DNA from: a virus
Taxonomy: Duplodnaviria > Caudoviricetes
Direction: 5' to 3' (one strand)
IMG/VR virus record: IMGVR_UViG_3300027991_000080
Coordinates: 1-64,000 of that record
Length of the DNA stretch: 64,000 nucleotides
The notes under the pieces are model-generated. The model had not been told where the DNA came from. It did not search any database and was given only the letters and a program-made list of their open reading frames with translations. Position 1 is the stretch's first letter. Each line of letters begins with the position of its first letter. Both the position numbers and the translations under genes were made by a program. Shown here one piece after another: positions 27,599 through 37,574 of the stretch.

Positions 27599-27776
27599 TT
27601 TTTCTCCGGGTGGAACTTCCCGTCTCGGAAGATCCCGTTCGACTTCGCCCAGACGTCCTCGCGATGCTCGCGTCGCTTGCGCATCTCGTCGGTCGTAGCG
27701 GCGAGTTTGGCGGTGTGCTCGGTCAGATCCTCTCGCGCCTTCCTGAGAGCGCGTAGCGCCGGGTAGGATGGGCGGT

Positions 27777-28010
27777 TCACAGGGGCGCCTCGAACTCCGT
27801 CGTGGACGGGACCTCGGTGTCCGGAGAAACCGTGAGTGCGAGCAGGCACAGCTCCGGAGTGATGCCTTCGCGAAAGCCGACGTCTTCGATGTACGCCTTC
27901 CAGATCACATGGGTCTTTCCGTCGGTGCCGTTGACCACGTCGACCTCGGAGCTGGAGTATCGTCCAGCGGCTACCTTCTTCACTTCTTCGTTGAACTGGA
28001 ACAGTGTCAT
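27777..28010 (-). CDS. hypothetical protein
   Basis: ATG 28010 after GGAGGA. Confidence 0.5.
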   Translation of the reverse strand: MTLFQFNEEVKKVAAGRYSSSEVDVVNGTDGKTHVIWKAYIEDVGFREGITPELCLLALTVSPDTEVPSTTEFEAPL

Positions 28011-28346
28011 TCTTCCTCCGGCCATTCGATCAAAACGTGAAACCCTTTGACCTCGATGGTCACTCCGTCGTGTTGACGTACGAGGCGCACGCGAGCCGTG
28101 GGAGGGATACGTTCTTCCGGCGGCTTGCAACCAGACATCTCTGCCGCGAGATCGCGAATCTCTTCGAGGGAAAGTTTCACTCGATTGGTTTTCACGATCG
28201 TTCTCGCTTGAGATAGGCGGCAGGATATCCGCCGTTCGCTTCTGAAACGCAGACAAGTTCCCATCCGTCTCTTCCGAACGAATTGAGTACTTGCTGACGG
28301 TTTTCCTTGGAGCCAGCTAGGGTCACCTCGATGTACTCCCACTTTT

Positions 28347-28718
28347 TCATCCGTCCTCCGAATTCAGCGCCAGTACGAGCGTGAGCTGACCGAGGGCGTC
28401 AGCTACGTCAGCGCCTAGACATCTGTTCGATGTTGGCGCGTCTTCGCCGAAGTTGTCACTCGACGCCTCCCATTTGAATCCGTCCAGGTTGTGCTTGAGG
28501 GATCGCAGCGTGAAATTTCCACCCGTCTTCTCGATGACTTCGAGGATCTTGAGCGCCTGAGCGGCTCGGATTAAGGCCACCTCGAGCCGAGAAACGTTTT
28601 CTCCTTCCTCTGCTTTCGGAATGAGGGTCAGATCCAGGTTCTCCTTCCTCGCCTTCTCGAGCAGGATCGCCACCCCTTCCAGGATCTCGACGTCGGTCAC
28701 AGTGTTCACGGTGATCAC
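28347..28718 (-). CDS. hypothetical protein
   Basis: Coupled operon gene. Confidence 0.55.
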   Translation of the reverse strand: MITVNTVTDVEILEGVAILLEKARKENLDLTLIPKAEEGENVSRLEVALIRAAQALKILEVIEKTGGNFTLRSLKHNLDGFKWEASSDNFGEDAPTSNRCLGADVADALGQLTLVLALNSEDG

Positions 28719-28917
28719 GGTTTCACCTTGCGGAGCGGACTGTCGCGAGTGGTGACCTCGAGAGCATCCATGGCAGCGCGATGCGGATCAGAAAAATGGC
28801 GTCCAGCGATGTCTCGCTCGTGAACCCATGCGTCCGCGGCTGCGCAGGCGATGGGCGACGACTCGAGCCATTCCTGCTCCTCTTTTTTGGAGAGACGCCA
28901 GATGGATTTGTTCATTT

Positions 28918-29262
28918 TTACCCCTGCTCTTTCTTGAGCCGCTTCATCCACCGAGCGGCATGAACAGCTCGCTCCCGATTGTTGCCGCCTTCGTTGTTGA
29001 TCATGTCTCGCATCAGGCCTTCAAGGTCGCCGCGACGACGCCGGCAAGAACGAATCAGAGATACGCCGTTGGTTGCTCCGAGTTCACCGCGCGTGAGGCG
29101 AATTCCGGCGTGGGAGTTGACTACTAGATCGATCAGGTTGACCTCTGCAGTGAGCCACTTGTGGCCGTACGCTTTGGCCTGAAGGATCCCGGTCGCCCAG
29201 GACGGAAGCGTTTGCTTCGAGCGGTAGAACTCGACGTCGGTCAGGTTGGGGAAACGACCCAT
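28918..29262 (-). CDS. hypothetical protein
   Basis: First gene of leftward small-ORF operon. Confidence 0.5.
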   Translation of the reverse strand: MGRFPNLTDVEFYRSKQTLPSWATGILQAKAYGHKWLTAEVNLIDLVVNSHAGIRLTRGELGATNGVSLIRSCRRRRGDLEGLMRDMINNEGGNNRERAVHAARWMKRLKKEQG

Positions 29263-29356
29263 GCTAGGCCCTACGCCCACCCTCCCAAAAATGTTCCCTC
29301 CCGTCAATCACTGTTTGACAGGGGAGAACGGGAGGACACAATGCGTAGGACGGATC

Positions 29357-29911
29357 ATGGTGCGCGAAACTGTTCCGATGACCGCCCTTCTTACAGTGGG
29401 ACTGATCGGGGCCTACGAGCTCGAGAAGCAGGCCGGCGGGTACGAGGTGTGTCTGAAGTACGGGTTCAAGCCGGATCAGGCGACACTGGAAACCGCGGCA
29501 ACATCAGTATTTCTTCATGATCCGAGCTCGGTTTTCCACCTGGTTGGAAATGTTGCCTGTCTCCTTGTTTTCGGGATCATCGTCGAGCGGGCCATCGGGA
29601 GTCTTCGTTTTCTGATGCTCTTCCTGGCCGCTGGCGTAGGCGGAGCGCTGCTCCACGGGGTCATCTACGCCGGGTCGTCAACGCCTCTGGTCGGCTGCTC
29701 CGGGGCGGTATTCGGTCTTCTGGCGCTCGCCTGCGTTATCCGTCCGAGTCTCCTCTGGGCCGGAGCCGCGATGGTTGGATTCGAGATCTGGAAAGCGTTC
29801 TCGTGTTCCTGCGACGGGCCTTCGTTTGCGTGTCACCTGGGCGGTTTCTCTGTGGGTGCCTTCGTTGTCGTCGTGATGTGGCTGGTCGGCAGTGAGGTCC
29901 TGGAGTCATGA
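29357..29911 (+). CDS. rhomboid-family intramembrane serine protease
   Basis: FLH...HLVGN, VERAIG, GCSG catalytic Ser, ACHLGG catalytic His, about six TM segments. Confidence 0.9.
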   Translation: MVRETVPMTALLTVGLIGAYELEKQAGGYEVCLKYGFKPDQATLETAATSVFLHDPSSVFHLVGNVACLLVFGIIVERAIGSLRFLMLFLAAGVGGALLHGVIYAGSSTPLVGCSGAVFGLLALACVIRPSLLWAGAAMVGFEIWKAFSCSCDGPSFACHLGGFSVGAFVVVVMWLVGSEVLES

Positions 29912-30147
29912 AAACGCTCCCTCCCGCCTCAGGTGGTCCCTCGATGAGCCGCTACCAAAAACTCGAGAACGAGCGCCTGTACTGGGTCTCTCGGTACATC
30001 GAGTGGCAGTCCCAAGGGTGGCTGCCAGAGGCGAAGATCGCGCTCGAAAACATTCGCGTAATCCGTGACGAGATGGCTCGCATGAACAACCCGCGGGTAT
30101 TGCCCCCACCGACGGTGAGGCTTCCGCGGCCGAAGGGGGTACGATGA
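29908..30147 (+). CDS. hypothetical protein
   Basis: Coupled. Confidence 0.45.
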   Translation: MKTLPPASGGPSMSRYQKLENERLYWVSRYIEWQSQGWLPEAKIALENIRVIRDEMARMNNPRVLPPPTVRLPRPKGVR

Positions 30148-30482
30148 ACGCAAAATTGGATCCGGCCGTTCTCCGCGCCACGAGCGCCGAGCACGCTATC
30201 GAAGTTCGCCGGCTGGAGCTCGTAGACATCTTACACGAGGTGGACAAGGTCCCGCACCCGGGAGGCGTCGTATCTCACGACGCAGCGCTGTGGGTTACGC
30301 TCGCTCGAGGCGACTCCGCGATCGTGGTCGTGTTCGTTCCAGGGGTCGATCGAGTCGGGGTTACGGCGTATTATCAACGTCGGTACATCTCGTACCGTGA
30401 GAGTTCGAGGGAAGAGGCCGAAACCATGGTGACGGAGCTTCGATCAAGAGGGTTCGTCCCGAACGAATGGAACACGAAATGA
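30144..30482 (+). CDS. hypothetical protein
   Basis: Coupled. Confidence 0.55.
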   Translation: MNAKLDPAVLRATSAEHAIEVRRLELVDILHEVDKVPHPGGVVSHDAALWVTLARGDSAIVVVFVPGVDRVGVTAYYQRRYISYRESSREEAETMVTELRSRGFVPNEWNTK

Positions 30483-30856
30483 ATCACGTCGTACAAGTGG
30501 CAGAGATCCCGATTGGCAGCATTCTCCGTGTTGTTTCAGGTGGCTCGACGATGTTCGTGCAGCTCATCCAAACGAATGGAGCTCGGCTCTTCGTGGATGT
30601 TCACAGCGAGCCGGTCGATTTTAGCGACTGGGAGTACGCCACCCGGCTCGAGACGGAAACGTTTCGGACCACTCGGCGGGCGGAGCTGTTTGCCGATGAG
30701 GTCGATAAAAACGGAGCGCCGGCGTTCGTAGCAAGGATCCGCTGGTTCCCCGGGATAGATCGAGACGTGCTACTGCGTCGCATCGCTGCAGCACTGACCG
30801 CACGCGGCAAGAGCGGGAAGGCCAGCCAGGTACTCTCGTACCTGACCCAGGACTAG
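30479..30856 (+). CDS. hypothetical protein
   Basis: Coupled. Confidence 0.55.
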   Translation: MNHVVQVAEIPIGSILRVVSGGSTMFVQLIQTNGARLFVDVHSEPVDFSDWEYATRLETETFRTTRRAELFADEVDKNGAPAFVARIRWFPGIDRDVLLRRIAAALTARGKSGKASQVLSYLTQD

Positions 30857-31395
30857 CGTTCCGCTGCCGGTTCCGGTACGCCTGCGCGCTCGAGAGCGGC
30901 GTCGATCCTGAACGCTAGGCGAACCCTCTTCTCGGCTCCCGACCACGAGCAGGGGCGCGCCGCGAGGGCGGCAAAGGCACCGTGGAACGGGGTCGCAGCG
31001 TGCTCCCGGCAACGGTGCATCCCGTGCCACATTTGACGCATGGCGCAACGCGCTTCCTCTGCCATTGATTCGTCGGATCCGGCCGGAAATGCGTAGGCGG
31101 TTCGGCACCAGGGATGAACTTGCCAGACCCCTCTAGCCCTACCGTGATCGCAGTCATCGTCCGGCATTCGTTCGCAGTGACCCTCCACGACATGGCTCGC
31201 CATATGGGTCTCGGCGTCGGCATCGGCGAGCAGCAACGAGAGCGCGTAGCGCGTCTGAGCAGCGGCTACAGCGGCGCGCACGACCCGTTCGACTCGTGCT
31301 TGTCGTACGGAAGGCTCTTCGCCCTTGTCGACCTTTGACGCAGGTAAAATTTGAAGGACTACAGCGACAACAACGGCAACGATTGTCTCGGGCAT
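30853..31395 (-). CDS. putative lytic transglycosylase (lysozyme-like fold) with N-terminal hydrophobic segment
   Basis: DAET candidate catalytic Glu; GRARGVWQVH resembles the GxxQ motif. Confidence 0.5.
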   Translation of the reverse strand: MPETIVAVVVAVVLQILPASKVDKGEEPSVRQARVERVVRAAVAAAQTRYALSLLLADADAETHMASHVVEGHCERMPDDDCDHGRARGVWQVHPWCRTAYAFPAGSDESMAEEARCAMRQMWHGMHRCREHAATPFHGAFAALAARPCSWSGAEKRVRLAFRIDAALERAGVPEPAAER

Positions 31396-31412
31396 GCTAC
31401 GTGAGTAGCACG

Positions 31413-31637
31413 ATGTCTCCGTCGCCTCTCAGTGAAACTTGCCTGTGCGGAGGTTCGTCGTGGCACTCGATGCTGAACGGCATAATCTGGTGCCGCAGGT
31501 GCGGGTGCGCGAAACTCGGATTCGAGAAATACTGGAAAGTACCACTCGATCGAGCGAGGGACATGTCCTCTGCGGTAGTCGCGCCGGATGACGGGGAACC
31601 GGCAACGATCCCGGACACAGGGAAGCCTGAGCCTTAG
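31413..31637 (+). CDS. small Zn-ribbon protein
   Basis: CLCG...CRRC. Confidence 0.5.
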   Translation: MSPSPLSETCLCGGSSWHSMLNGIIWCRRCGCAKLGFEKYWKVPLDRARDMSSAVVAPDDGEPATIPDTGKPEP

Positions 31638-32497
31638 GAAGCTGGCGGTATCTCCGGTTTTCCGCGCGCAACGACGTGTCGGAAGTGCCGGTACGTCCCC
31701 TTTTCGTCATACTCCCCGAGCCCTAGCTCAACGAGCATTGCGGAGAGCGCTTTCGCCTCCGGACCGTGATCCTTGTACCCGTACCAGACGATGCCGTACG
31801 GATAGACGCGAACCATCTGCGCATTTAGGCGCTTGGCTTGCAGAGCTCGATCGGGGCTCTTCGGCATCTGTGCAAGCACGGCTATCTGTCGCTCGAACTC
31901 TTTGAATTGTGCATAGGCTGCGGCAGAGCGCGCGTCAGCCTTGGCTTGTTTCGCAGCGCGCTTCGCGTCTCGCTCGAGTTTCGCCGCTGCACGCTCCTCT
32001 CGACGAGTAGCTTGCTCGCGACGCATCTCGGGAGTACGCCCCTCCTCGTCGATCTCGATCAACTCCCCCGGTGCCCATTGCTCGATGAGTTTCGTCATTC
32101 TCCGGTCGGAGAAGTCGATCTGAGCGATCTGGCTCTTCGCGGCGTTGATTGCGACCTGCAGCGCTTTTTCGTACTTGTCTTGCTCGATCGGGTCGCTCGA
32201 GTCGCGCCGGTAGGTTGTGTATGTCCTGTTGATCCTTGAGTACCCGTCGATCTGCTCCGGACGCTCTTCGTATTTTCGAATCGATTCTTCGTATCCGGAA
32301 CGCCACAGAGCGAGCTGATCTCGATACGCGGAGCACCCGGAGCTGGATTGCTCGTACGGCGGATATCCAACTCCGAAGCAATCACCGACGACGTTTCCCG
32401 TGCCGGGTCTCTTGTAGCCGTGGAGCACCATCCGCCCGTTGGGGTTCACCTTGAAGTGACCCTCGCAGACCGGACACGTTCCGACGAAGCGGGTCGT
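31634..32497 (-). CDS. Zn-binding phage protein, probably starting at a non-canonical ACG
   Basis: GTCPVC...HGYKRPG...DCFG; the CPVC lies upstream of the first GTG (32449). Confidence 0.65.
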   Translation of the reverse strand, partial: TTRFVGTCPVCEGHFKVNPNGRMVLHGYKRPGTGNVVGDCFGVGYPPYEQSSSGCSAYRDQLALWRSGYEESIRKYEERPEQIDGYSRINRTYTTYRRDSSDPIEQDKYEKALQVAINAAKSQIAQIDFSDRRMTKLIEQWAPGELIEIDEEGRTPEMRREQATRREERAAAKLERDAKRAAKQAKADARSAAAYAQFKEFERQIAVLAQMPKSPDRALQAKRLNAQMVRVYPYGIVWYGYKDHGPEAKALSAMLVELGLGEYDEKGTYRHFRHVVARGKPEIPPAS

Positions 32498-35349
32498 TAC
32501 TTCTTGGACTTCTTCTTCGAGCGCGTACGGCGCTGAGTCGGGCGCCGCACCGCCTTCTTCGTGCGACGCCGGGGGGCTTTTGGGGATGATCTAACGCGAC
32601 CTCGCGACGGTTTCCGTGACGCCATCTCCGCGTCAACTTTCTCTTGAGCCTCGTGAACTATCTCACCGATCTGGTGAGCGTACCTTATGAAGTGCCCAAA
32701 CTGAGATCGGGTGCCGTACGCAGCGCGCTGAAGCTCTGTCCACGTCTTTTGGTACGCTTTCTTAGGCGGTGTACCGTTTTCTCTGTGACGTCTGTAGTGA
32801 GCGATAGCGAACTCGAGCGCTTGCGCTCGCGCTTCGGGCGGAACAGGCTCAACTCCGTATTGGTCTCCTTCTTCCCGGACGGAGCCGCCGCTCAGTTTTC
32901 TGATGGCAACTCGGTACCGATTGAGCGCTCCGGCTCCCTTGTCGGTGAGCACGAAATAGTCACCGAACGATGAGAGCCCCTCTGTCTTCCGCTTGAGGAC
33001 GATGTAACCGTTTTCTCTGAGTGCCGAGTACGCCCTGTCGTAGACGACGGAGTCTCCCTGCATCGGCACTTTTGCTCCGCCGGCGTGCTCTCCCATTCCG
33101 TACAGGAGTACGTTGAGCATGGTCGGCGTGATGCCATCTCGAGCCAGTTCTGGTGGCACCCAGGTGTCGCTGCCGCTGCGAGACCCCTCACGGAAGAGCG
33201 GGTACGACGACGGCGCCGGTGGAGCTCCTCTTCGATGCTTCGGCACGAACTTCACATGGCCACCTGGAGGCACGTGCGAATCGGCTTGGTGTCGGTGAGG
33301 GAAGGGGCCCGCGGCGCGACGGTCGTTGCGGTCGACGGCGATGTAGTCCTCGCGGGCCTCGCTGGTGCTCTGCGAATCCCACACGAGCTCCCCGTCGCGC
33401 GTGATGACTTGAACGTAGTCGCCCTCGAACGTGGGATCTCGGAGCAGTTTTTTTGCCTCTCTCACCGCCACATCTTCGTCGTCGAATCCGAATGACTCGC
33501 CGCCTCCGCCACCGAGACCGCCGACGATCGTGCCGTCGCTCCAGAGTGGTTGGATGATGTAGAACGGGTCCTCTACAGGTTCGTGTCGCGCCTCGCTCAT
33601 TCCTTCTTCGTTTCTGCACTGCGACTGCGCTTCGTACAGACCGTCGAATTGCGTCACGAGCTCTCTTGGGGCTTTCAACACAGCGCGACAGTATGCGCGC
33701 ATCTCACGATCGTCACCGATCACATCTCCGAGGCCACCCGAGAGCGCGGTGCCTGGAGTCGTACCGGATCCGGTGGCTCGTTCGCGGTAGAACGCATGCC
33801 AAATCCGCGGCGCCTGACGGAGAAAGCATATCTGCTCTCCGGGAGTTTCCCCTTGAACGGCACTCATCTTGTAGGCCACGAGCCATCCGTCGCCAACGTC
33901 TTGAGAGATAGTCCAGCCCGACATCCAGCGCAGGAAGTCGTAAGCTGCGGCGCTCTTCCTTCCTCGTCTGCCGGTGCGTGCCTCCGCCGCATGTCTCCGT
34001 CCTTCGATCGGTTTTGCTCCGTTCGGGATCCGTTTTACGCCTTCGCGTGATCCAGGCCCCTCGGCATGCCAGTACCCGCCCTTGCGCCAGGTGCGCGCTT
34101 CTTCGTACGGATACTCGCCGCCGCGGGGAAAGTAGATCCACGCCTGAGTCTTGTCGCCGTTGAAAACAACGTGCGTCGCTCCCAGCTCGCGGCCCGCGTG
34201 CGCCACGAGATCTTCGAGCGTGTTGAAGTCGGCGACCACCCTAGACTCGCTGGCGAAGTTCGGCTCGTTCGACGCTCTCAGCCCAGCCTCGATCCCGGCG
34301 CTGGTCGGCTCCCATCCTTTTCGACCGTAGGCCACGAAACCGTTGTCGGCGAGATTTTGAAGCGCTCCGTCTCGGTAGGCGTCTCCGTTGTTCCAGGATG
34401 CGATCATCCAGTCTTCGATGCCGCCGCCCTCTCGAACACCCTTCGCCTGACGCCCTCCCAGCGTCACCGTGTGGCCAGAGGCGTCGATCGGGTACTGCTC
34501 TCCGCGACGAGCTTGGATCGTGGCTGCGTGTTGCTCGATCTCTTTTCGGAGCGACGCGGGGCAGTCAGGATAGAACTTGAGCGTGAGCGTGTCGAAGTCC
34601 AGGAAAGCGCACTTCGCGTAGTCTCCGTGCTTTTCGCGCTTCCTGTCGGCGTACGAGATGCCGGTCGAGTACACGCCGATAAACAGACGGTCGTTCGTGT
34701 GGTTTTGCGATTCGCTCAGATTCCCGCCTGCGTACCTACCCGTTCCAGCGAACGTCCACGTCGATCCGTCGCTCGACTTCCACAGCTCGTGCCAGGTGGT
34801 GTCGCCGCTTCTCTTCGTGTCGCTGATTCGAACTTGCGCATCCTTTGACTGCGGTCGGTGACGCTGCATGAAGCCGTTCGCGAACGCCTGCGCTTCGCCG
34901 TGCGTCCAGAAGACGGCTTTTTCTTTTCCCCCGACATGACCCGGCATCATGTCTTTTGTTTTCCAGTAGCCATCCCAACCGAAGACTTCAAACAGATCGT
35001 TCTTGTAGCGAACGGGAGTGCCGGCGCGCTTCTTTCGCGCCTCGCTAAGATCCGTCTCGTCTCCGTGAATCCCCGCATCGTCGAGCGACATCTGAAGCGC
35101 ATCGCGGATCGTGTAGAGCTCGTCGATCTCCTTCTTGGAAAAGGTTCCCTTGCCGAGTTGGAACTTGTTTCGACCCACCTTCTTCACGCGCGAGATCTCG
35201 GAGTTCAGATTGCTGATGGCATCCTGAAACACTTCCGCCTCGTGCTGTCCACCCATCGAGTAGATAGCGTAGAGCGGGTCTCCTTGGCTGCTCCACCATC
35301 CCTGCATAAGGTTGAGCGCATCGTCGTCGTACAGTGTGACCTGGGTCAT
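32497..35349 (-). CDS. ~950-aa multi-module (polyvalent-like) protein with basic C-terminal tail
   Basis: ATG 35349 in TAATG overlap; short unrelated modules separated by hydrophobic-x-E linkers; K/R-rich tail. Confidence 0.8.
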   Translation of the reverse strand: MTQVTLYDDDALNLMQGWWSSQGDPLYAIYSMGGQHEAEVFQDAISNLNSEISRVKKVGRNKFQLGKGTFSKKEIDELYTIRDALQMSLDDAGIHGDETDLSEARKKRAGTPVRYKNDLFEVFGWDGYWKTKDMMPGHVGGKEKAVFWTHGEAQAFANGFMQRHRPQSKDAQVRISDTKRSGDTTWHELWKSSDGSTWTFAGTGRYAGGNLSESQNHTNDRLFIGVYSTGISYADRKREKHGDYAKCAFLDFDTLTLKFYPDCPASLRKEIEQHAATIQARRGEQYPIDASGHTVTLGGRQAKGVREGGGIEDWMIASWNNGDAYRDGALQNLADNGFVAYGRKGWEPTSAGIEAGLRASNEPNFASESRVVADFNTLEDLVAHAGRELGATHVVFNGDKTQAWIYFPRGGEYPYEEARTWRKGGYWHAEGPGSREGVKRIPNGAKPIEGRRHAAEARTGRRGRKSAAAYDFLRWMSGWTISQDVGDGWLVAYKMSAVQGETPGEQICFLRQAPRIWHAFYRERATGSGTTPGTALSGGLGDVIGDDREMRAYCRAVLKAPRELVTQFDGLYEAQSQCRNEEGMSEARHEPVEDPFYIIQPLWSDGTIVGGLGGGGGESFGFDDEDVAVREAKKLLRDPTFEGDYVQVITRDGELVWDSQSTSEAREDYIAVDRNDRRAAGPFPHRHQADSHVPPGGHVKFVPKHRRGAPPAPSSYPLFREGSRSGSDTWVPPELARDGITPTMLNVLLYGMGEHAGGAKVPMQGDSVVYDRAYSALRENGYIVLKRKTEGLSSFGDYFVLTDKGAGALNRYRVAIRKLSGGSVREEGDQYGVEPVPPEARAQALEFAIAHYRRHRENGTPPKKAYQKTWTELQRAAYGTRSQFGHFIRYAHQIGEIVHEAQEKVDAEMASRKPSRGRVRSSPKAPRRRTKKAVRRPTQRRTRSKKKSKK

Positions 35350-35954
35350 TATCTTCGGTTCCTTCGCGAGTGCCCCATGTGCTGCTCGTAGATGCTCTCC
35401 GGCGTGTCTCCGGATCGATTCAACAGATTCACGACGAGATGCGTGAATCCGTCCGCTTCGACTGGGCTCGTGTTCCCCTCTTTGGCGATGTGAGCGAACG
35501 GTTGTCCGTTGAAGCAGATTTGTCTTCCAGCTTCTACGGTCCACCCGTGCGCTGAGCTCTCTGACATTTCGCGCGCTCCGATTCGGGTGTCGACGTGATC
35601 GTACTCCCCGTTCTTCACGGAGTTGCGAAAGCTAGCCTCGAGCTGCCCCGCGGCCTCGCGCCTGGTCGCAGGAGTGAACATCGTGCTCCACTCGCGAGGA
35701 GACGAGCTAAACTCTTTCGCGTAACGCTTTGCGCCTGACTCGACCAGGTACCCGAACAGGGTAACCGCGCGAGCCGGATCGTACGTGCCCTTGCGCCACT
35801 TGCGCAAAGCGTTCAGGAGGACGCTCCGGCCTTGCCCGCTCGGTCCGTCTGGGGATAGGTCGGAAGTGTTTTCGATGAACATCACGAGCTCTTGTGCTGC
35901 GTGTTCATCCGCGGGGGCGCCGCGACCTGCGTGCATGCTGCGTCTGATTGCCAT
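35349..35954 (-). CDS. two-module phage protein
   Basis: ELVMFIENT...KGTYDPARA...GAKRYAKEF module, MSES linker, second small module. Confidence 0.75.
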   Translation of the reverse strand: MAIRRSMHAGRGAPADEHAAQELVMFIENTSDLSPDGPSGQGRSVLLNALRKWRKGTYDPARAVTLFGYLVESGAKRYAKEFSSSPREWSTMFTPATRREAAGQLEASFRNSVKNGEYDHVDTRIGAREMSESSAHGWTVEAGRQICFNGQPFAHIAKEGNTSPVEADGFTHLVVNLLNRSGDTPESIYEQHMGHSRRNRR

Positions 35955-36857
35955 TTACTCGTCCTCCTCTTCGTCTTCGTCTTCATCATCTTCTTCGTCT
36001 TCCTCCTCGTCGTCCTCGCCGAGTATCTCTCGACGGAACTCATCGTCCTCGTCTTCGAGATATTCGGATCCGGCGATTTTGCCCGAGGCCCACTTCACCT
36101 CGTCGTGGATGATGTCTTTGGACCAGCCGGCGGGGCCTTCATCTACGGCGTATCCGTAGTCGAGCAACCCGCACGCGATCGCAAGCGCTCGCTGCTTCGG
36201 TTTCAGATCTTCAAGGTCGCTCGTGCTCATACCGATAAAGCTCAAGGCTTTCCGGACTTCGTCCTTGCTTGGCTGGAGATCTTCCGCGTCGTAGCTCGCC
36301 TCGCGAGTCCAAAATGGGAACCCAACATCAGCCGCCTCGTCGTCGCCAACGTACTCACGCACCGGTTGAATCTTGAGCAGCTCGAGTGTGTCTCCGTCGC
36401 TCCGGGCGATGGTGCCGCCGTACTTATCTGGGCTCATGTCGCCGTCTACCTGCTCCCACATCGGCATGTTCGGGATCGAGATCTCGATTTTTTCCGGAAT
36501 GTCCTCGTGTCCTGGAAGGCTTGGTTGTCGACGGCTCGCCACTCGTCGTGGGGCACTTTCTTCGAACCCATCGTCTTCGTCTCCCCCCGTCGCCTTCTGC
36601 TCTCGCGCCTGCTCAATCAGATCTCGAGCGATGTCCTTCGAGTCGAATCGCCTGTTATCGCCTGGTACGCTCGAGGAACCCCAGTACCCTCTGTGATCTT
36701 GGTCGTAGTCCGACGAGCCCCAGTTCACTGTCCAGTTTCCGTCTGTGTGAACTTGCAACCGGACGTCGATTCCGCCGTCGTCGCCATCATCACTCGATTG
36801 TTGCTTGTTGATACTGCGGAGCTCGGCCGCAACGTCAGCGATGCTTGGGAAGCGCAT
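35955..36857 (-). CDS. two-module protein with acidic tail
   Basis: IDVRLQV...SDYDQDHRGYWG module, FEESAPRR linker, D/E-rich end. Confidence 0.75.
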   Translation of the reverse strand: MRFPSIADVAAELRSINKQQSSDDGDDGGIDVRLQVHTDGNWTVNWGSSDYDQDHRGYWGSSSVPGDNRRFDSKDIARDLIEQAREQKATGGDEDDGFEESAPRRVASRRQPSLPGHEDIPEKIEISIPNMPMWEQVDGDMSPDKYGGTIARSDGDTLELLKIQPVREYVGDDEAADVGFPFWTREASYDAEDLQPSKDEVRKALSFIGMSTSDLEDLKPKQRALAIACGLLDYGYAVDEGPAGWSKDIIHDEVKWASGKIAGSEYLEDEDDEFRREILGEDDEEEDEEDDEDEDEEEDE

Positions 36858-37026
36858 TGTGTCCTCTGTTTGCAGGGGTTCGAATTCTTGAAGACTATCG
36901 CAGAACACGCGCGTGAGGCAGAGCGCCTCGCGTCCAGGCTGCGACGGTTATTCTAGTATGGCTGAAAAATGGATTTTGGGGAAGGGGGTGGGCGAGGGGC
37001 GCGTAGATGGTGTATACAAGGTAAAC

Positions 37027-37317
37027 ATGAACAAGCTTCCCAAAAAGTGTCCAAAATGCGAACGGGAGCTTCGTCTCGCGCACGGCATGAACGGAACGCT
37101 GATCTGCGTGTCGTGCTCCACTTTTTGGGCGGAGCGATGGGGTAGACCGTACGGCGGCGAGCGCAACATGCTCACCGGCGATGGGCGCCGACTCACGCTG
37201 CGCCGTCGCGGACAACGCTGCCGGTGGTACGACGGCGCGCGACAGGTCGGACCGGAGCTCGCAAACGTTGCGCCGGCGCTCGCCTACGCCGAGGCGCAGG
37301 GGTGGCGGAGCTCATGA
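37027..37317 (+). CDS. Zn-ribbon protein
   Basis: CPKC...CVSC. Confidence 0.55.
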   Translation: MNKLPKKCPKCERELRLAHGMNGTLICVSCSTFWAERWGRPYGGERNMLTGDGRRLTLRRRGQRCRWYDGARQVGPELANVAPALAYAEAQGWRSS

Positions 37318-37574
37318 ACCTCCAAGACCTGAAGCTGCTTGTCGACGTCGCCTATCACGAGCGCGACGGACAGCAGGGATTCACCGTCGGACAGGGGTTC
37401 AAGGCTGCACGTGAGCGGCTGATCGCTGGCAGTCTTCTCATTCGTAACCCTTCGCAGCCGAAAGAGACGGCTCAGGTCACCATGACGAATTCCGGGTTCG
37501 CATTGCTGAATCGTCTAGTCGATCGCCTGGAGTCGGGAGCGATCGTCGCGGCGATCGGAGATTTTATGCGATGA
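37314..37574 (+). CDS. hypothetical protein (wHTH-like)
   Basis: Coupled; ends VTMTNSGFALL. Confidence 0.5.
   Translation: MNLQDLKLLVDVAYHERDGQQGFTVGQGFKAARERLIAGSLLIRNPSQPKETAQVTMTNSGFALLNRLVDRLESGAIVAAIGDFMR

Noticed and set aside
35892-36956. 354-aa plus-strand ORF with a hydrophobic stretch
   Set aside because: Antisense of the acidic-tail gene; hydrophobicity derives from the reversed GAA/GAC run.
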